In this document: piece after piece, positions 33,511 through 43,110 of the stretch
Layout of the letters: every line of letters starts with the position of its first letter
How positions within the stretch are numbered: position 1 is the first letter of the stretch
From: Nitrospirota bacterium
GTDB taxonomy: Bacteria > Nitrospirota > UBA9217
Length of the DNA stretch: 64,000 bases
Direction of reading: 5' to 3'
Assembly: GCA_963741205.1 (NCBI GenBank)
Contig: CAVUHW010000006.1
Coordinates: forward strand, 1-64,000
Program-made: the position numbers and the translations under genes
Notes under the pieces: model-generated
The model's input: only the letters and a program-made list of their open reading frames with translations
The model's database searches: none
What the model was told of the DNA's origin: nothing

Positions 33511-34148
33511 CACGCGTACTCATAGCGGACGACCATGCGATCTTTCGTGAGGGCTTGAGGCAGATCCTCGAGGATGCCGCGGACCTGGAGGTGGTCGAAG
33601 AAGCGAGCCGCGGCCAGGAGGTCCTGGACAAGATCGAGAAGAATGAGTACGATCTCATTCTGCTCGACATCGCCATGCCGGGACTGAGCGGGCTCGATAC
33701 GCTGAAGCTCATCAAGGGCCGGAAGCCGAAAATGAAGGTCCTGGTCCTGAGCATGTATCCCGAGGAGCAGTATGCGGTCCGGGCGATCAAGGCGGGGGCG
33801 TCGGGCTATATCACGAAGGCGGGCGCGTCCGAGGAACTGCTCGGGGCCATCAGGAAGGTATTGTCGGGCGGCAAGTACATCACGTCGTCGGTTGCCGATA
33901 AACTGTTCTCGGACCTCGAACCCGAGCCGGGTCATCCGCTGCACGAGCTGCTCTCCGACCGGGAGTACCAGATCCTCTGCCTGATCGCGTCAGGCAAGAC
34001 CGTGAGCGAGATCGCGGACAGCTTGGCACTGAGCGTCAAGACCGTGAGCACTCACCGGGGCCATATCCTGGAAAAGATGAAGATGAAATCGAACGCCGAG
34101 CTGACAAATTACGCCATCAAACAGAACCTGATTTCACTCACCGACTGA
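33507..34148 (+). CDS. NarL/LuxR-family response regulator
   Basis: IADDH, LLDIAMP, LSDREYQ...LSVKTVSTH; ATGA overlap with the kinase. Confidence 0.95.
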   Translation: MTRVLIADDHAIFREGLRQILEDAADLEVVEEASRGQEVLDKIEKNEYDLILLDIAMPGLSGLDTLKLIKGRKPKMKVLVLSMYPEEQYAVRAIKAGASGYITKAGASEELLGAIRKVLSGGKYITSSVADKLFSDLEPEPGHPLHELLSDREYQILCLIASGKTVSEIADSLALSVKTVSTHRGHILEKMKMKSNAELTNYAIKQNLISLTD

Positions 34149-34350
34149 GATAAAAGTCCCCCCCGCCACTCAGTAAAATGGAATTCAAACTCCGTTTCCC
34201 TGGCCGGACCCAAGAGAAACTCCGGCAATGTCCAGTCCAACCCCGGCGGTTTGGAGTATCATGATGCCGGAATATTCAATCAGCCATGCAATAAATGAAT
34301 CTCCTGAATCGTCATAATAGCAGAGACCAGAGGAACGGAATTGACGCGTT

Positions 34351-34899
34351 ATGAATGAAAAGGCCGGAAGGCACGATCTTGCTCAGTTTTTTAGCGACAA
34401 GTATAGAAAACTGGTTACGTACTTTCAGTCGAATTACTCTGATCTTTCGGACATGGAAGCTGAGGATATAGTCAGCGATCTGATGGCCGATCTGTTCGAG
34501 AAGGCAGATATTACGGCCCATGTCGAAAACATATCCGCCTATATCTACCGTTCCCTGCAAAATAAGGCGAAGGATTATCTGAGGAGAAGGAAGAAGACGG
34601 TTTCGTTCGAAGATGCCACGTCCGGGGAGCCGGAGAGTCCCGGAAGAGAAGCAATACCCGAACCGCGGTATGACATGGAAGGAGAGATCCAAGCCTCGGA
34701 GATCCGGGGCCGGCTTATCGAGGCACTGGATCAGCTGGCGCCGGACCAGCGCACGATCTGGATCGCCACGGAACTCGACGGTTATTCGTTTCGCGAGCTG
34801 TCGGAAGAATGGGGCGTCCCAATCGGCACGCTTCTGGCCCGAAAGCACCGGGCCAATGCAGCTCTGCAAAAAGAGCTGAAGGATTTGAAAAACAGATGA
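34351..34899 (+). CDS. ECF RNA polymerase sigma factor
   Basis: EAEDIV, YIYRSLQNKAKDYLRR, ALDQL...GYSFRELSEEWGVPIGTLLARKHRA. Confidence 0.9.
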   Translation: MNEKAGRHDLAQFFSDKYRKLVTYFQSNYSDLSDMEAEDIVSDLMADLFEKADITAHVENISAYIYRSLQNKAKDYLRRRKKTVSFEDATSGEPESPGREAIPEPRYDMEGEIQASEIRGRLIEALDQLAPDQRTIWIATELDGYSFRELSEEWGVPIGTLLARKHRANAALQKELKDLKNR

Positions 34900-34912
34900 A
34901 AGAGAGGAAAGC

Positions 34913-35350
34913 ATGATGACGGAGGGAAAAAATTCAAATCAATGCAGTCTACGCCGACCGTGGATTATAGGCCGGGTCGCACGGGGAATCGTCATAGGAC
35001 TTGCATTCGCGCTGGTATTCGGGATATTCGTCCGGCTGCTTTGGAACTGGCTGATGCCCGGGATGTTCGGCTTTCGGGAAATTACATTTGGACAGGCCTT
35101 CGGGATGATCATCCTGGCGCGCCTGCTCTTCGGAGCGAGAGGCATGCACGGTATGCGTCCGGAATTTGCGGGCAGGTGGCACGGGCGCCGCAATTGGGGA
35201 TGGGGCCCCTGTTCGAAGGAGGACGCGGCAAACGGGGAGATCAAGGACTGGCGACACTATGACGAGTGGTGGCAGGCGGAAGGACGGGATGCATTCAAGA
35301 AATATACAGACAGCCATGGGCAAGGCAAGGAAGGCGAGCTTCGTAAGTAA
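34913..35350 (+). CDS. Small membrane protein downstream of ECF sigma
   Basis: LLWNWLMPGMFG..ITFGQAFGMIILARLLFG TM hairpin; RBS GAGG. Confidence 0.75.
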   Translation: MMTEGKNSNQCSLRRPWIIGRVARGIVIGLAFALVFGIFVRLLWNWLMPGMFGFREITFGQAFGMIILARLLFGARGMHGMRPEFAGRWHGRRNWGWGPCSKEDAANGEIKDWRHYDEWWQAEGRDAFKKYTDSHGQGKEGELRK

Positions 35351-35367
35351 AAGAGAAACACTATTAA

Positions 35368-35473
35368 ACCGCGAAGTCGCGAAGGACGCGAGGAAGGCTA
35401 GCTTTGAATCAGGTTTAAACAGGAAAAGAATTTTGTCGTAAGGTTTCCTTTGCGTCCTTCGCGACTTCGCGGT
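35368..35473. repeat. Nonamer-periodic inverted repeat (CGCGAAG units)
   Basis: ACCGCGAAGTCGCGAAGGACGC...GCGTCCTTCGCGACTTCGCGGT, 22-bp perfect IR around an AT-rich spacer. Confidence 0.85.
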
Positions 35474-35553
35474 AAAATATTTTGGTTTTGAATTTTTTCT
35501 GTGACTCAAAATCCCAGATGTTGGTCAGTAACGTTACATTAAAGGAGGCGATT

Positions 35554-35985
35554 ATGTTAAAAGGCAAGACAGTAGTCATGGTTGTAATGACAGCTCTTCT
35601 GGCGCTGGTCATCGCCGGATGTTGTCACAGGACACCGGAACAACGGGCGGAGCACGTTGTAAAGCACCTGGTTGAAACGCTGAAGCTGGATGCCGTTCAA
35701 ACGGAAAAGCTCGAGAAGATCAAGGACGAATTTCTGGCCAAGCAAGCGGGCATAAGGAATATGCGGGAGGAATCAATAAAAGAGGCCAGGGAGATGATGA
35801 TGAGCCCGCAGATCGATCCGGCAGCATTAAACGCGCACATTGAGAAAAAACAGGCACAGACGAACGATCTGATCCGGTTCGTTTTCGTCAAATTTGCCGA
35901 GATCCACGATATGCTTACTCCGGAGCAGAGAAACAAGCTGGCGGGGGAGATGGAAAAATATGCGAGTCGTGCGCATCATTGGTAA
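35554..35985 (+). CDS. Spy/CpxP-family (LTXXQ) lipoprotein
   Basis: RBS AAGGAGG; lipobox IAGC; LKLDAVQ and MLTPEQR motifs. Confidence 0.85.
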   Translation: MLKGKTVVMVVMTALLALVIAGCCHRTPEQRAEHVVKHLVETLKLDAVQTEKLEKIKDEFLAKQAGIRNMREESIKEAREMMMSPQIDPAALNAHIEKKQAQTNDLIRFVFVKFAEIHDMLTPEQRNKLAGEMEKYASRAHHW

Positions 35986-36018
35986 TTTTGTCGAAAATAA
36001 GGTACTTGAAGGAGCACT

Positions 36019-36372
36019 ATGCGAAGGACGATTCGATTCTTCCTGCTTTTTGAGGCAGCATCCTTTATCGCTGCTTCCCTCGTTCACTCCGGAGTGCTGA
36101 TTACCGGATACGAGCACCAGAAGGCACGCATCGCCGAAAGCGTACTTGCCATCGTTCTTCTCTCTGCTGCAGCGTTGACCTGGATCCGGCCAGCGTGGAC
36201 GCGTAAGGCAGGGCTTACAGCACAGGGTTTTGCTCTTTTGGGTACGATGGTCGGCATATTCACCATCGCCGTTGGTGTCGGCCCGCGCACGGTCCCCGAC
36301 GTCGTTTACCATCTAACTATCGTTGCCGTGCTCGTTTGGGGTCTCGTCATTGCCAAACAGGCAGACACCTAA
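36019..36372 (+). CDS. Small 4-TM membrane protein, unknown function
   Basis: RBS AAGGAG; four hydrophobic segments; GVGPRTVPD. Confidence 0.7.
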   Translation: MRRTIRFFLLFEAASFIAASLVHSGVLITGYEHQKARIAESVLAIVLLSAAALTWIRPAWTRKAGLTAQGFALLGTMVGIFTIAVGVGPRTVPDVVYHLTIVAVLVWGLVIAKQADT

Positions 36373-36410
36373 ACTCGCTTGCCCGTAGCCGGAAAGTTGG
36401 GCCCCGGTTT

Positions 36411-36443
36411 TGTCCGAGACCCTGAATCGAGTTCAGGGTGACG
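36411..36443. repeat. REP half-site GACCCTGAATCGAGTTCAGGGTGAC
   Basis: Hairpin CCCTGAA-TCGAG-TTCAGGG ending in TGAC like the other REP units. Confidence 0.55.
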
Positions 36444-36578
36444 TACAATGATTTGGGCAACAGGCTGTGGGAACCAGGAATAAAGGAGCCCTCCCTCGAA
36501 AGATTGCATCCGGCGTGCGCGCGGGAATCCAAGACGCGTTGTCTGCGTGCATCTTCGGCCATTTGCCGTTTTCAAGAC

Positions 36579-38789
36579 TCATCGCGTGCCCAGCACTTCC
36601 CGGATCTTTTTCAGAAAATCCTTCGGGGCCGCGGGTTTTGAAATGAAGTTCAGGTCTTCTTCAAGGATTCCCTTTTTGTGCACGATGTCCGCCGTGTATC
36701 CGCTCGTGAACAGGACCTTGACGTCCGATTTTGCCTTATGGATATGCGTGTAGGCGTCCCTGCCGTTCATCTTCGGCATCACGACATCGAGGACGACAAG
36801 ATCGATGCTCTTCCGGCGCCGCATGAATGCCTTGACGGCGTCCTCGCCGTCGACCGCTTCGACGACGGTATAGCCGAACTCCTCCAGGAGATCCCGCATC
36901 AGCTTCCGGACCGCCGCGTCATCCTCGGCCAGCAGCACGGTTTCGTTCCCCCGCAGCGGGAGGGTTTCATGAGAAATCGCCGGTTCCTCGGCAGGAATCT
37001 CAACCAGGGGAAGATAGATCTTGAAGGTCGTGCCTTTTCCCTGTTCGCTGTACACGTTAATATACCCGTTCTGCTGCTTGATAATCCCGTAGACCATTGC
37101 CAGTCCGAGTCCCGTCCCCTTGCCGACCTCCTTCGTCGTAAAGAAGGGATCGAATATGCGCTCCCGCGTCGTTTCGTCCATTCCCGTGCCCGTATCCGTC
37201 ACAGACAGCCGGGCGTACCGGCCCGGGGGAATGTAGGTATGCGGACGGCCGTAATCGTCCTCCAGCTCGGAGGGATCGGTTTCGATCAGAAGGACGCCTC
37301 CGCCCGGCATCGCATCCCGCGCATTTGTGGCGAGGTTCATCAAGACCTGGTCGAGCTGTCCGCTGTCCGCCATGACCGTCAGTTTCTGAGACGCCAAGCG
37401 TGTCTGCATATCAATATCCTCCCCGATCAGCCGGGACAACAGCCTTTCGATCCCCTGCACGATCCTGTTCAGGTCGACTGGTTTGGGGTTGATGATCTGC
37501 TGCCTGCTGTAGGCCAGCAGGCTGCGCGTCAGCTGGGCCGCGCGCTCGGACGAGGCGAGGATCTGCTCTACCTCGTGGCGCAGGGGGTCGTCGTCCGTCA
37601 TCTTCATGAGAAGCAGCGAGCCGTATCCGCCGATCGCCGTGAGGATATTGTTGAAGTCATGGGCCACGCCGCCCGCCAATTGTCCGATAGCCTCCATTTT
37701 CTGGGCCTGACGGAGCTGTCTCTGAAGCCGTTCTTTTTCCTCCTCGTCATTCCTGCGCCTGGTAATGTCGTCGCCGAGGCTGGCAATCCCGATAGGGGCG
37801 CCCTGGGAATCGTTCAGAATCGTATTGTACCAGGCGATGAGACGCCGCTCGCCCGACTTGCCGATGATGTAGTGCTCGTGATATGACGGAAATGTGCTGG
37901 TCAACATGACCTTGGTGAATATCTCGAAGATAGGTCCCCGGGCCTCGGGGGGGAGGAAGTTATCGAACCAGTTTTTACCCAGGACCTCGCTGCGCTGCCA
38001 TCCGGTAAGCTCAAGAAGAAAATCATTGCAGTACATGACGAGTCCCTGCTGGTTGATCATAAGGGCGGCGAGGTTCACGCTTTCGAAGACGGACCGGAAA
38101 CGCCGCTCGGATTCGATTAATTCCGCCTCCATCCGCCTGCGCTCCGAAATGTCACGGACCAGCTCGACCGCCGCCGTAACCGATCCTGAAGAGTCCTTGA
38201 TCGGCGACGTCGTGATTTCGTAATACTGTAATGCCCCTCCAACCGCCCTTGTGTAGTCCATCCGGTGGATCTCGCCGTCTGCTAATGAAAGCGCGGCAGC
38301 GCACCCGTCACAGATATCGTCATTCTTCCGGTACGCGCGATAGCAGCGTTCGCCTTCATGATCGCCCATGCGTTTTTTGAGGACGGCATTCTGATAGATG
38401 ACCGTGAAGTTCCTGTCCTGAATGCTGACGCCGTCACCCATGGCCGCGATGATGGCCTGGGATCTCAGCTTTTCATTGATCGACGCAGCCATGGACGCCT
38501 GGAGCGCCGATTCGGTTTGTTGATGGTCGAGGATGCTTTTTTCGAGCAGGCGCATGTAGAGAAGCGGGCTGCCCAATATTACGGCGGTAAACAGGGAGAA
38601 GATTCCGCCCACCATCACGTGCTCCCTGTCCAGATAGGGGATCTCGGGATGGAGTACGAGGTCGACGAGGGCGTTGAGATTGCCCACCAGGAGAACAACG
38701 AAAAGGAAGAAAACCCAGCGTGAGGGAAGAGACCACTCCTGAAAGATGCGGGCAAGTCGCTTCTGAAAATTGTCGAATTCCATAGTCAC
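36579..38789 (-). CDS. Membrane hybrid histidine kinase (2 PAS + HisKA + HATPase + receiver)
   Basis: QAQKMEAIGQLAGGVAHDFNN, NARDAMP, DTGTGMD, PFFTTK..GKGTGLGL, C-terminal LAEDD...DVVMP...FISKP. Confidence 0.93.
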   Translation of the reverse strand: MTMEFDNFQKRLARIFQEWSLPSRWVFFLFVVLLVGNLNALVDLVLHPEIPYLDREHVMVGGIFSLFTAVILGSPLLYMRLLEKSILDHQQTESALQASMAASINEKLRSQAIIAAMGDGVSIQDRNFTVIYQNAVLKKRMGDHEGERCYRAYRKNDDICDGCAAALSLADGEIHRMDYTRAVGGALQYYEITTSPIKDSSGSVTAAVELVRDISERRRMEAELIESERRFRSVFESVNLAALMINQQGLVMYCNDFLLELTGWQRSEVLGKNWFDNFLPPEARGPIFEIFTKVMLTSTFPSYHEHYIIGKSGERRLIAWYNTILNDSQGAPIGIASLGDDITRRRNDEEEKERLQRQLRQAQKMEAIGQLAGGVAHDFNNILTAIGGYGSLLLMKMTDDDPLRHEVEQILASSERAAQLTRSLLAYSRQQIINPKPVDLNRIVQGIERLLSRLIGEDIDMQTRLASQKLTVMADSGQLDQVLMNLATNARDAMPGGGVLLIETDPSELEDDYGRPHTYIPPGRYARLSVTDTGTGMDETTRERIFDPFFTTKEVGKGTGLGLAMVYGIIKQQNGYINVYSEQGKGTTFKIYLPLVEIPAEEPAISHETLPLRGNETVLLAEDDAAVRKLMRDLLEEFGYTVVEAVDGEDAVKAFMRRRKSIDLVVLDVVMPKMNGRDAYTHIHKAKSDVKVLFTSGYTADIVHKKGILEEDLNFISKPAAPKDFLKKIREVLGTR

Positions 38790-39065
38790 CCGGTCTCATC
38801 CCGTCTTTTAGGGTGCAAATCGCGACCAGAAAAGGCGCACGCGACATGATCCTGTCAAAGCATGTTATCGGGAATGGACGCCAGAAGCGCGCACGCCGAA
38901 GCTATCAAGAATACGAACGCGAGTGGCGCTTTGCGGCAGGCTGTCGGCCTGTTCGTGAATAGGTTTAGTTTTGGCACGGTTACGGGAAATCATACACCTT
39001 TGGACGAAAAAAGCAAAACAAAACCTATTTCCTCCAGGGCGGGTGAAGAAACAGCCGGGACCGCG

Positions 39066-39728
39066 TCACCGGGCCGCGACGAGGAGTTGCCGTTTAAACC
39101 AATCCGCTGCAAGCCGGGCGACCTCTTCGAGCGCGCCGCGCTCCTCAAAGAGATGCGTGGCCCCGGGAATAATCTCAAGATGTTTTTCAGCGGCGATCAT
39201 GCCGTAGGCGCGGCGGTTGAGGTCGATCACGACAGGATCGTTTCCTCCCACGATGAGGAGCACCGGTGCCTGAATGCGAGGCAGGGCCTCAAAGGCCAGG
39301 TCGGGCCGTCCGCCGCGGGAGACCACAGCGCCGATCTGCAGCCCCGGGTCCGCCGCTGCGCGCAGGGCCGAGGCCGTTCCCGTACTCGCGCCGAAATAGC
39401 CGAGGCTGAAGCCGGCCGCCTGCGGCCGCTGCCGCAGCCAGAATGTGGACGCGCGAAGCCGCTCCGTGAGCAGCTCGATGTTGAACCGGTTTTCGTAGAC
39501 CCTGTCCTCTTCCCGCGTCAAGAGGTCGAAGAGCAGCGTGCCGATGCCCGCCTCCTGGAGTACGCCCGCTACGAACTTGTTGCGCGGGCTGTGCCTGCTG
39601 CTGCCGCTGCCATGGGCGAAGATCACCGCCGTACGCGCCGCCGCGGGAATTACCAGATTTCCCTCGAGCGTAACACCCCCGGCGGGGATGGTGACTTGTT
39701 GTTCGGTTAGAGTTGTTAAGCATACCAT
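39066..39728 (-). CDS. Alpha/beta hydrolase (dienelactone-hydrolase-like)
   Basis: FAHGSGSSRHSPRN, GYFGASTG, VVSRGGRPDLA, PGATHLFEE. Confidence 0.88.
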   Translation of the reverse strand: MVCLTTLTEQQVTIPAGGVTLEGNLVIPAAARTAVIFAHGSGSSRHSPRNKFVAGVLQEAGIGTLLFDLLTREEDRVYENRFNIELLTERLRASTFWLRQRPQAAGFSLGYFGASTGTASALRAAADPGLQIGAVVSRGGRPDLAFEALPRIQAPVLLIVGGNDPVVIDLNRRAYGMIAAEKHLEIIPGATHLFEERGALEEVARLAADWFKRQLLVAAR

Positions 39729-39838
39729 CCTCCTCTTTTCGGACGCAAGGCAACCGTCGTTCGCCGTGCATTTGAGCTGTGCACCCATGTTGCCGCTGAT
39801 TTACGCCATCGCGGATGGCTCGCGTCCATATGAATCCC

Positions 39839-40483
39839 TCACGCCGCCATGGCCGTTGCCCGGTGAAGCAATTCCACCACTTCCTCATCCGTGACCTGGG
39901 TGAAGTCGCCGTAGTGGGCGCCGACAGCCATGAAATAAAGCGGCGTTTCGAGGCAGATGAGCTCGTCGACCATCGTCCGCAAGGCCTCGACTGTTTCCGG
40001 AGGACCCACGGGGAGCGCCAGGACCAGCTTGGCAATCTTCTCCTGCTTGAGCGCCGAGATCGCCGCCTTTATCGTGGCGCCGGTCGCGACGCCGTCGTCG
40101 ACGAGGACCACCGTCTTGCCCTCCAGATTGGAAAGCATCCTGCCGGCGCGGTAGAGGGCTATGCGCCTGGCGATCTCATTTTTTTGCCGGTCGATCTCAG
40201 GCTGCAGCGCCTTCTCTGAAAGACCGCCCATCGCAAGGATGTCCCTGTTCAAGACCACGCTCCCGGTTTCCGCAACCGCTCCCGCGGCAAGCTCGGGTTG
40301 CGACGGGAACCCGATCTTCCTGACGATCAGCACATCTAACGGGGCCCCGATCATCCGCGCGATCTCAAAACCCGTAACGACTCCTCCTCGCGGAAGGGCA
40401 AGCACGATAACATCGTCCCGGTTTTTATAGCGGTCCAGCCGGGCTGCAAGCCGGCTGCCCGCTTCGCTTCGATTACGAAACAT
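39839..40483 (-). CDS. Type I phosphoribosyltransferase-family protein
   Basis: FRNRSEAG, LALPRGGV, VRKIG, LVDDGVATGAT. Confidence 0.9.
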   Translation of the reverse strand: MFRNRSEAGSRLAARLDRYKNRDDVIVLALPRGGVVTGFEIARMIGAPLDVLIVRKIGFPSQPELAAGAVAETGSVVLNRDILAMGGLSEKALQPEIDRQKNEIARRIALYRAGRMLSNLEGKTVVLVDDGVATGATIKAAISALKQEKIAKLVLALPVGPPETVEALRTMVDELICLETPLYFMAVGAHYGDFTQVTDEEVVELLHRATAMAA

Positions 40484-40704
40484 AGATCATCATCCCTTCT
40501 TTCTCTTTAGGATGCCTTATGATGCCGAATACTTTTTGATTAGAAACAAATGCTGTCTCACTCTCATCTTTTATCCCGAACTTCTTCTCTTCTAATTAGA
40601 ATCTAGTTCCGGCATTGCAAGTTGTCAAGATTTTCTGGTTGACAGAGCACGGGCAGACAGTGTACAAAAGACCTTGCAGTATTTCGGCGAGAAAGGGGCG
40701 GCGC

Positions 40705-41022
40705 ATGTCTGAATTTAAAAGCGTTACCGTAGTGAGGGAAGCGAACATCTATTTCGACGGAAAGGTGACGAGCAGGACAGTGCTTTTCCCCGACGGATCC
40801 AAAAAGACCCTTGGTGTTATGCTGCCGGGGGAATTCGAGTTCGGCACAGCGGACAAGGAACTCATGGAGATCCTGTCGGGCGAGCTCGACGTGCTCCTTC
40901 CCGGCGATGCGGCGTGGAAACCCTTCAAGGGGGGACAGTCGTTCGAGGTGGCTGCAAATTCGAAATTCAAACTGAAGGTGAAGAAGCTGACGGACTACTG
41001 CTGTTCGTTCATTAAGGGATAA
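40705..41022 (+). CDS. ppnP: Pyrimidine/purine nucleoside phosphorylase (DUF1255)
   Basis: [39 protein letters not shown]. Confidence 0.92.
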   Translation: MSEFKSVTVVREANIYFDGKVTSRTVLFPDGSKKTLGVMLPGEFEFGTADKELMEILSGELDVLLPGDAAWKPFKGGQSFEVAANSKFKLKVKKLTDYCCSFIKG

Positions 41023-41072
41023 TAACGTGGCAGGAGAAGGGTCGGGAGGCTGCGGTGCCGAGGGGATTACGG

Positions 41073-41108
41073 TAACTCCAAGACTCCTCAACTCTAAACT
41101 CCGAACTC
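41073..41108. repeat. Heptamer-periodic tandem repeat (ACTC units)
   Basis: TAACTCC-AAGACTCC-TCAACTC-TAAACTC-CGAACTC, preceded by a purine-rich segment. Confidence 0.55.
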
Positions 41109-41122
41109 ATGAAGGAGGATGT

Positions 41123-41656
41123 ATGAAAAAGACCGTAAGGATATTGTCGATTTTGTTCATCGTGACGGTGTTTCTTGGATGCCAGCAGAAGCAGGAGCAA
41201 AAGCAGCAGCCGGTGACGTATACTCCCGCCGCTCCGCCCGCACAGATGCAGATCGACCAACTGCAGCTCGCGGCGAAGCAGTCGCCCAAGAGCGCTCCGG
41301 CCTGGATCAGTCTCGGAGACGCGCTCATGGACACGCAGCGCTACCCCGAGGCGATCGACGCCTATGAAAAAGCGCTCGCCCTTGACCCGAAGAACGTGAA
41401 CGTGCTGGTCGACCAGGGGACCTGCTACCGAGGGGTCGGCAAGTTCGACAGGGCCGTCGAACAGTACCAGAAGGCGATCAAGCTTGATCCCAAGTTCCCC
41501 AACGCCCACCGCAATCTTGCCGTTGTCCTGGCCTACGACCTGCATAACAAGAAGGAAGGTCTGAAGGAATTCCAAAAATATCTTGAGCTCGCGCCGAATG
41601 CTCCCGATGCCGATAAGATCAGGGAGACGGTCGCGCAACTGTCGGCCGCGAAGTAA
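41123..41656 (+). CDS. TPR-repeat lipoprotein
   Basis: Lipobox FLGC; TPRs AWISLGDAL..EAIDAYEKAL, VLVDQGTCY..AVEQYQKAI. Confidence 0.88.
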   Translation: MKKTVRILSILFIVTVFLGCQQKQEQKQQPVTYTPAAPPAQMQIDQLQLAAKQSPKSAPAWISLGDALMDTQRYPEAIDAYEKALALDPKNVNVLVDQGTCYRGVGKFDRAVEQYQKAIKLDPKFPNAHRNLAVVLAYDLHNKKEGLKEFQKYLELAPNAPDADKIRETVAQLSAAK

Positions 41657-41758
41657 AAGAGCCCGGCCTGAGGGGCTGAAGGAATGAAACCGTCAGAAGT
41701 GCGGCGGCGTTGACGCGCCGACCCGGCACAAGCCTCTCTTGGCGGGACCGGAAAAAAC

Positions 41759-42971
41759 GTGTACTTATTTATGACCAGAATTTTTCACGTCCTGAGCGGC
41801 GGACGCGCGGTACGGAATGCATGGCTGGGCTGGGCTGCCCTGCTGCTCGTGACCACGGCGTTGATTGCCGCTGGAAGCGAACGGACAGCCATTGGTCCCT
41901 ACAGGTCGGCCGCCCTGGGCTGGCTTGCCGGAGGAACTCTTTACGAAGGCACCGGCGTGGGCGGTTTCGTCTACTTTCCGCAGGCGGCGATCCTCTTCAT
42001 CCCGTTTGCCATGCTCCCCTATCTTGTGAGCGAGGCGCTTTGGCGCCTTGCGATGATCGGGACGTTCGCGGCGGGCATCCGGAGCTTCGCGCGGCTCGCA
42101 GGCGAGAGGTCTGAAACGGAACTGTTCCCGCTCATGACGCTGGTGTCCCTCCCCCTGGCATGGGACTGTGCTCGAAACGGCCAGGCGACGCTCGCGATGA
42201 CCGGCATGATGCTCCTGGCGGTCGTCGATATCGCCCGCCGCAAGTGGTGGCGCGCCGCGCTGTGGCTTTCCCTCGGCGTGGCGGTCAAGCCGCTCGCTAT
42301 TGTGCTCGCCCTGCTCGCCATGGCGGTGTATCGTCCCCTGGGCTGGCGCGTCCTCCTGGGTCTGGTTGCAGTCGCATTATCCCCGTTTCTCACACAGCGC
42401 CCCGACTATGTCCTTCAGCAGTATGCGGCGTGCCTGGGCAATATGACGACTGCCGCCCATGTAGGCGTCGTGAGCACAGGGTGGACGACGCCGTTCACCG
42501 CGCTGCGGGAGGCCGGCATCGATGTTCCGGAGCGTGTCCAGACCATCATCCGTATTCTCGCCGCATTCGGCACGCTGGCGCTTTGCTTCGGGGCGCGCCG
42601 GCGGCATGATGCGGCCGATGCGGTGATTTACCTGTTTTCACTGGCGGTCGTCTATCTGATGCTGTTCAGCCCGAGAACGGAAAACAATACGTACGCAATG
42701 CTCGGGCCGGCCATTGCAGTATTTCTTGCCCGGGCTTTCCTGGTGGAGTCGCGGTTCGTGGCCGGCACTTTTCTGGCGGGCAATTGCATTCGCCATTGTC
42801 GGCAGCCGCTTTTTCGAACGCTTGCTGGCCCCTCAGGCGGCGAATGTCTGGATGTCCCCGCTCATGGCGACCTGTTTTGCCTTGTTCCTGCTTTCCAGGC
42901 TTTTCACGGATGAGGTGAAGGGGCCGGAGAGCGGAGTTCGCAGGGAATACGGCGCGGGTCAGGCCCAATGA
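41759..42971 (+). CDS. GT87/DUF2029-family membrane glycosyltransferase (frameshift near the 3' end; start uncertain)
   Basis: GFVYFPQAAILF, ARNGQA, AVKP, LFSPRTENNTY; multiple TM helices. Confidence 0.8.
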
Positions 42972-43110
42972 ACAGGGCTTTTTTCAGTGCTGAGGCATCC
43001 GGTTCAGGTCCATCCGGCAATCCGGGACCCTTGACCCCACCCATGAGTTTCGGGTTCCCGAAATTCATCATGAAAGCGCAGATTGCGCATGATCGCAGGA
43101 GGAGTGGTCC

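Noticed and set aside
38862-39710. 282-aa + strand ORF
   Set aside because: Mostly antisense to the clearly recognisable alpha/beta hydrolase
39066-40483. PRTase + hydrolase pair as a novel system
   Set aside because: A common conserved pair, often fused; nothing unusual here
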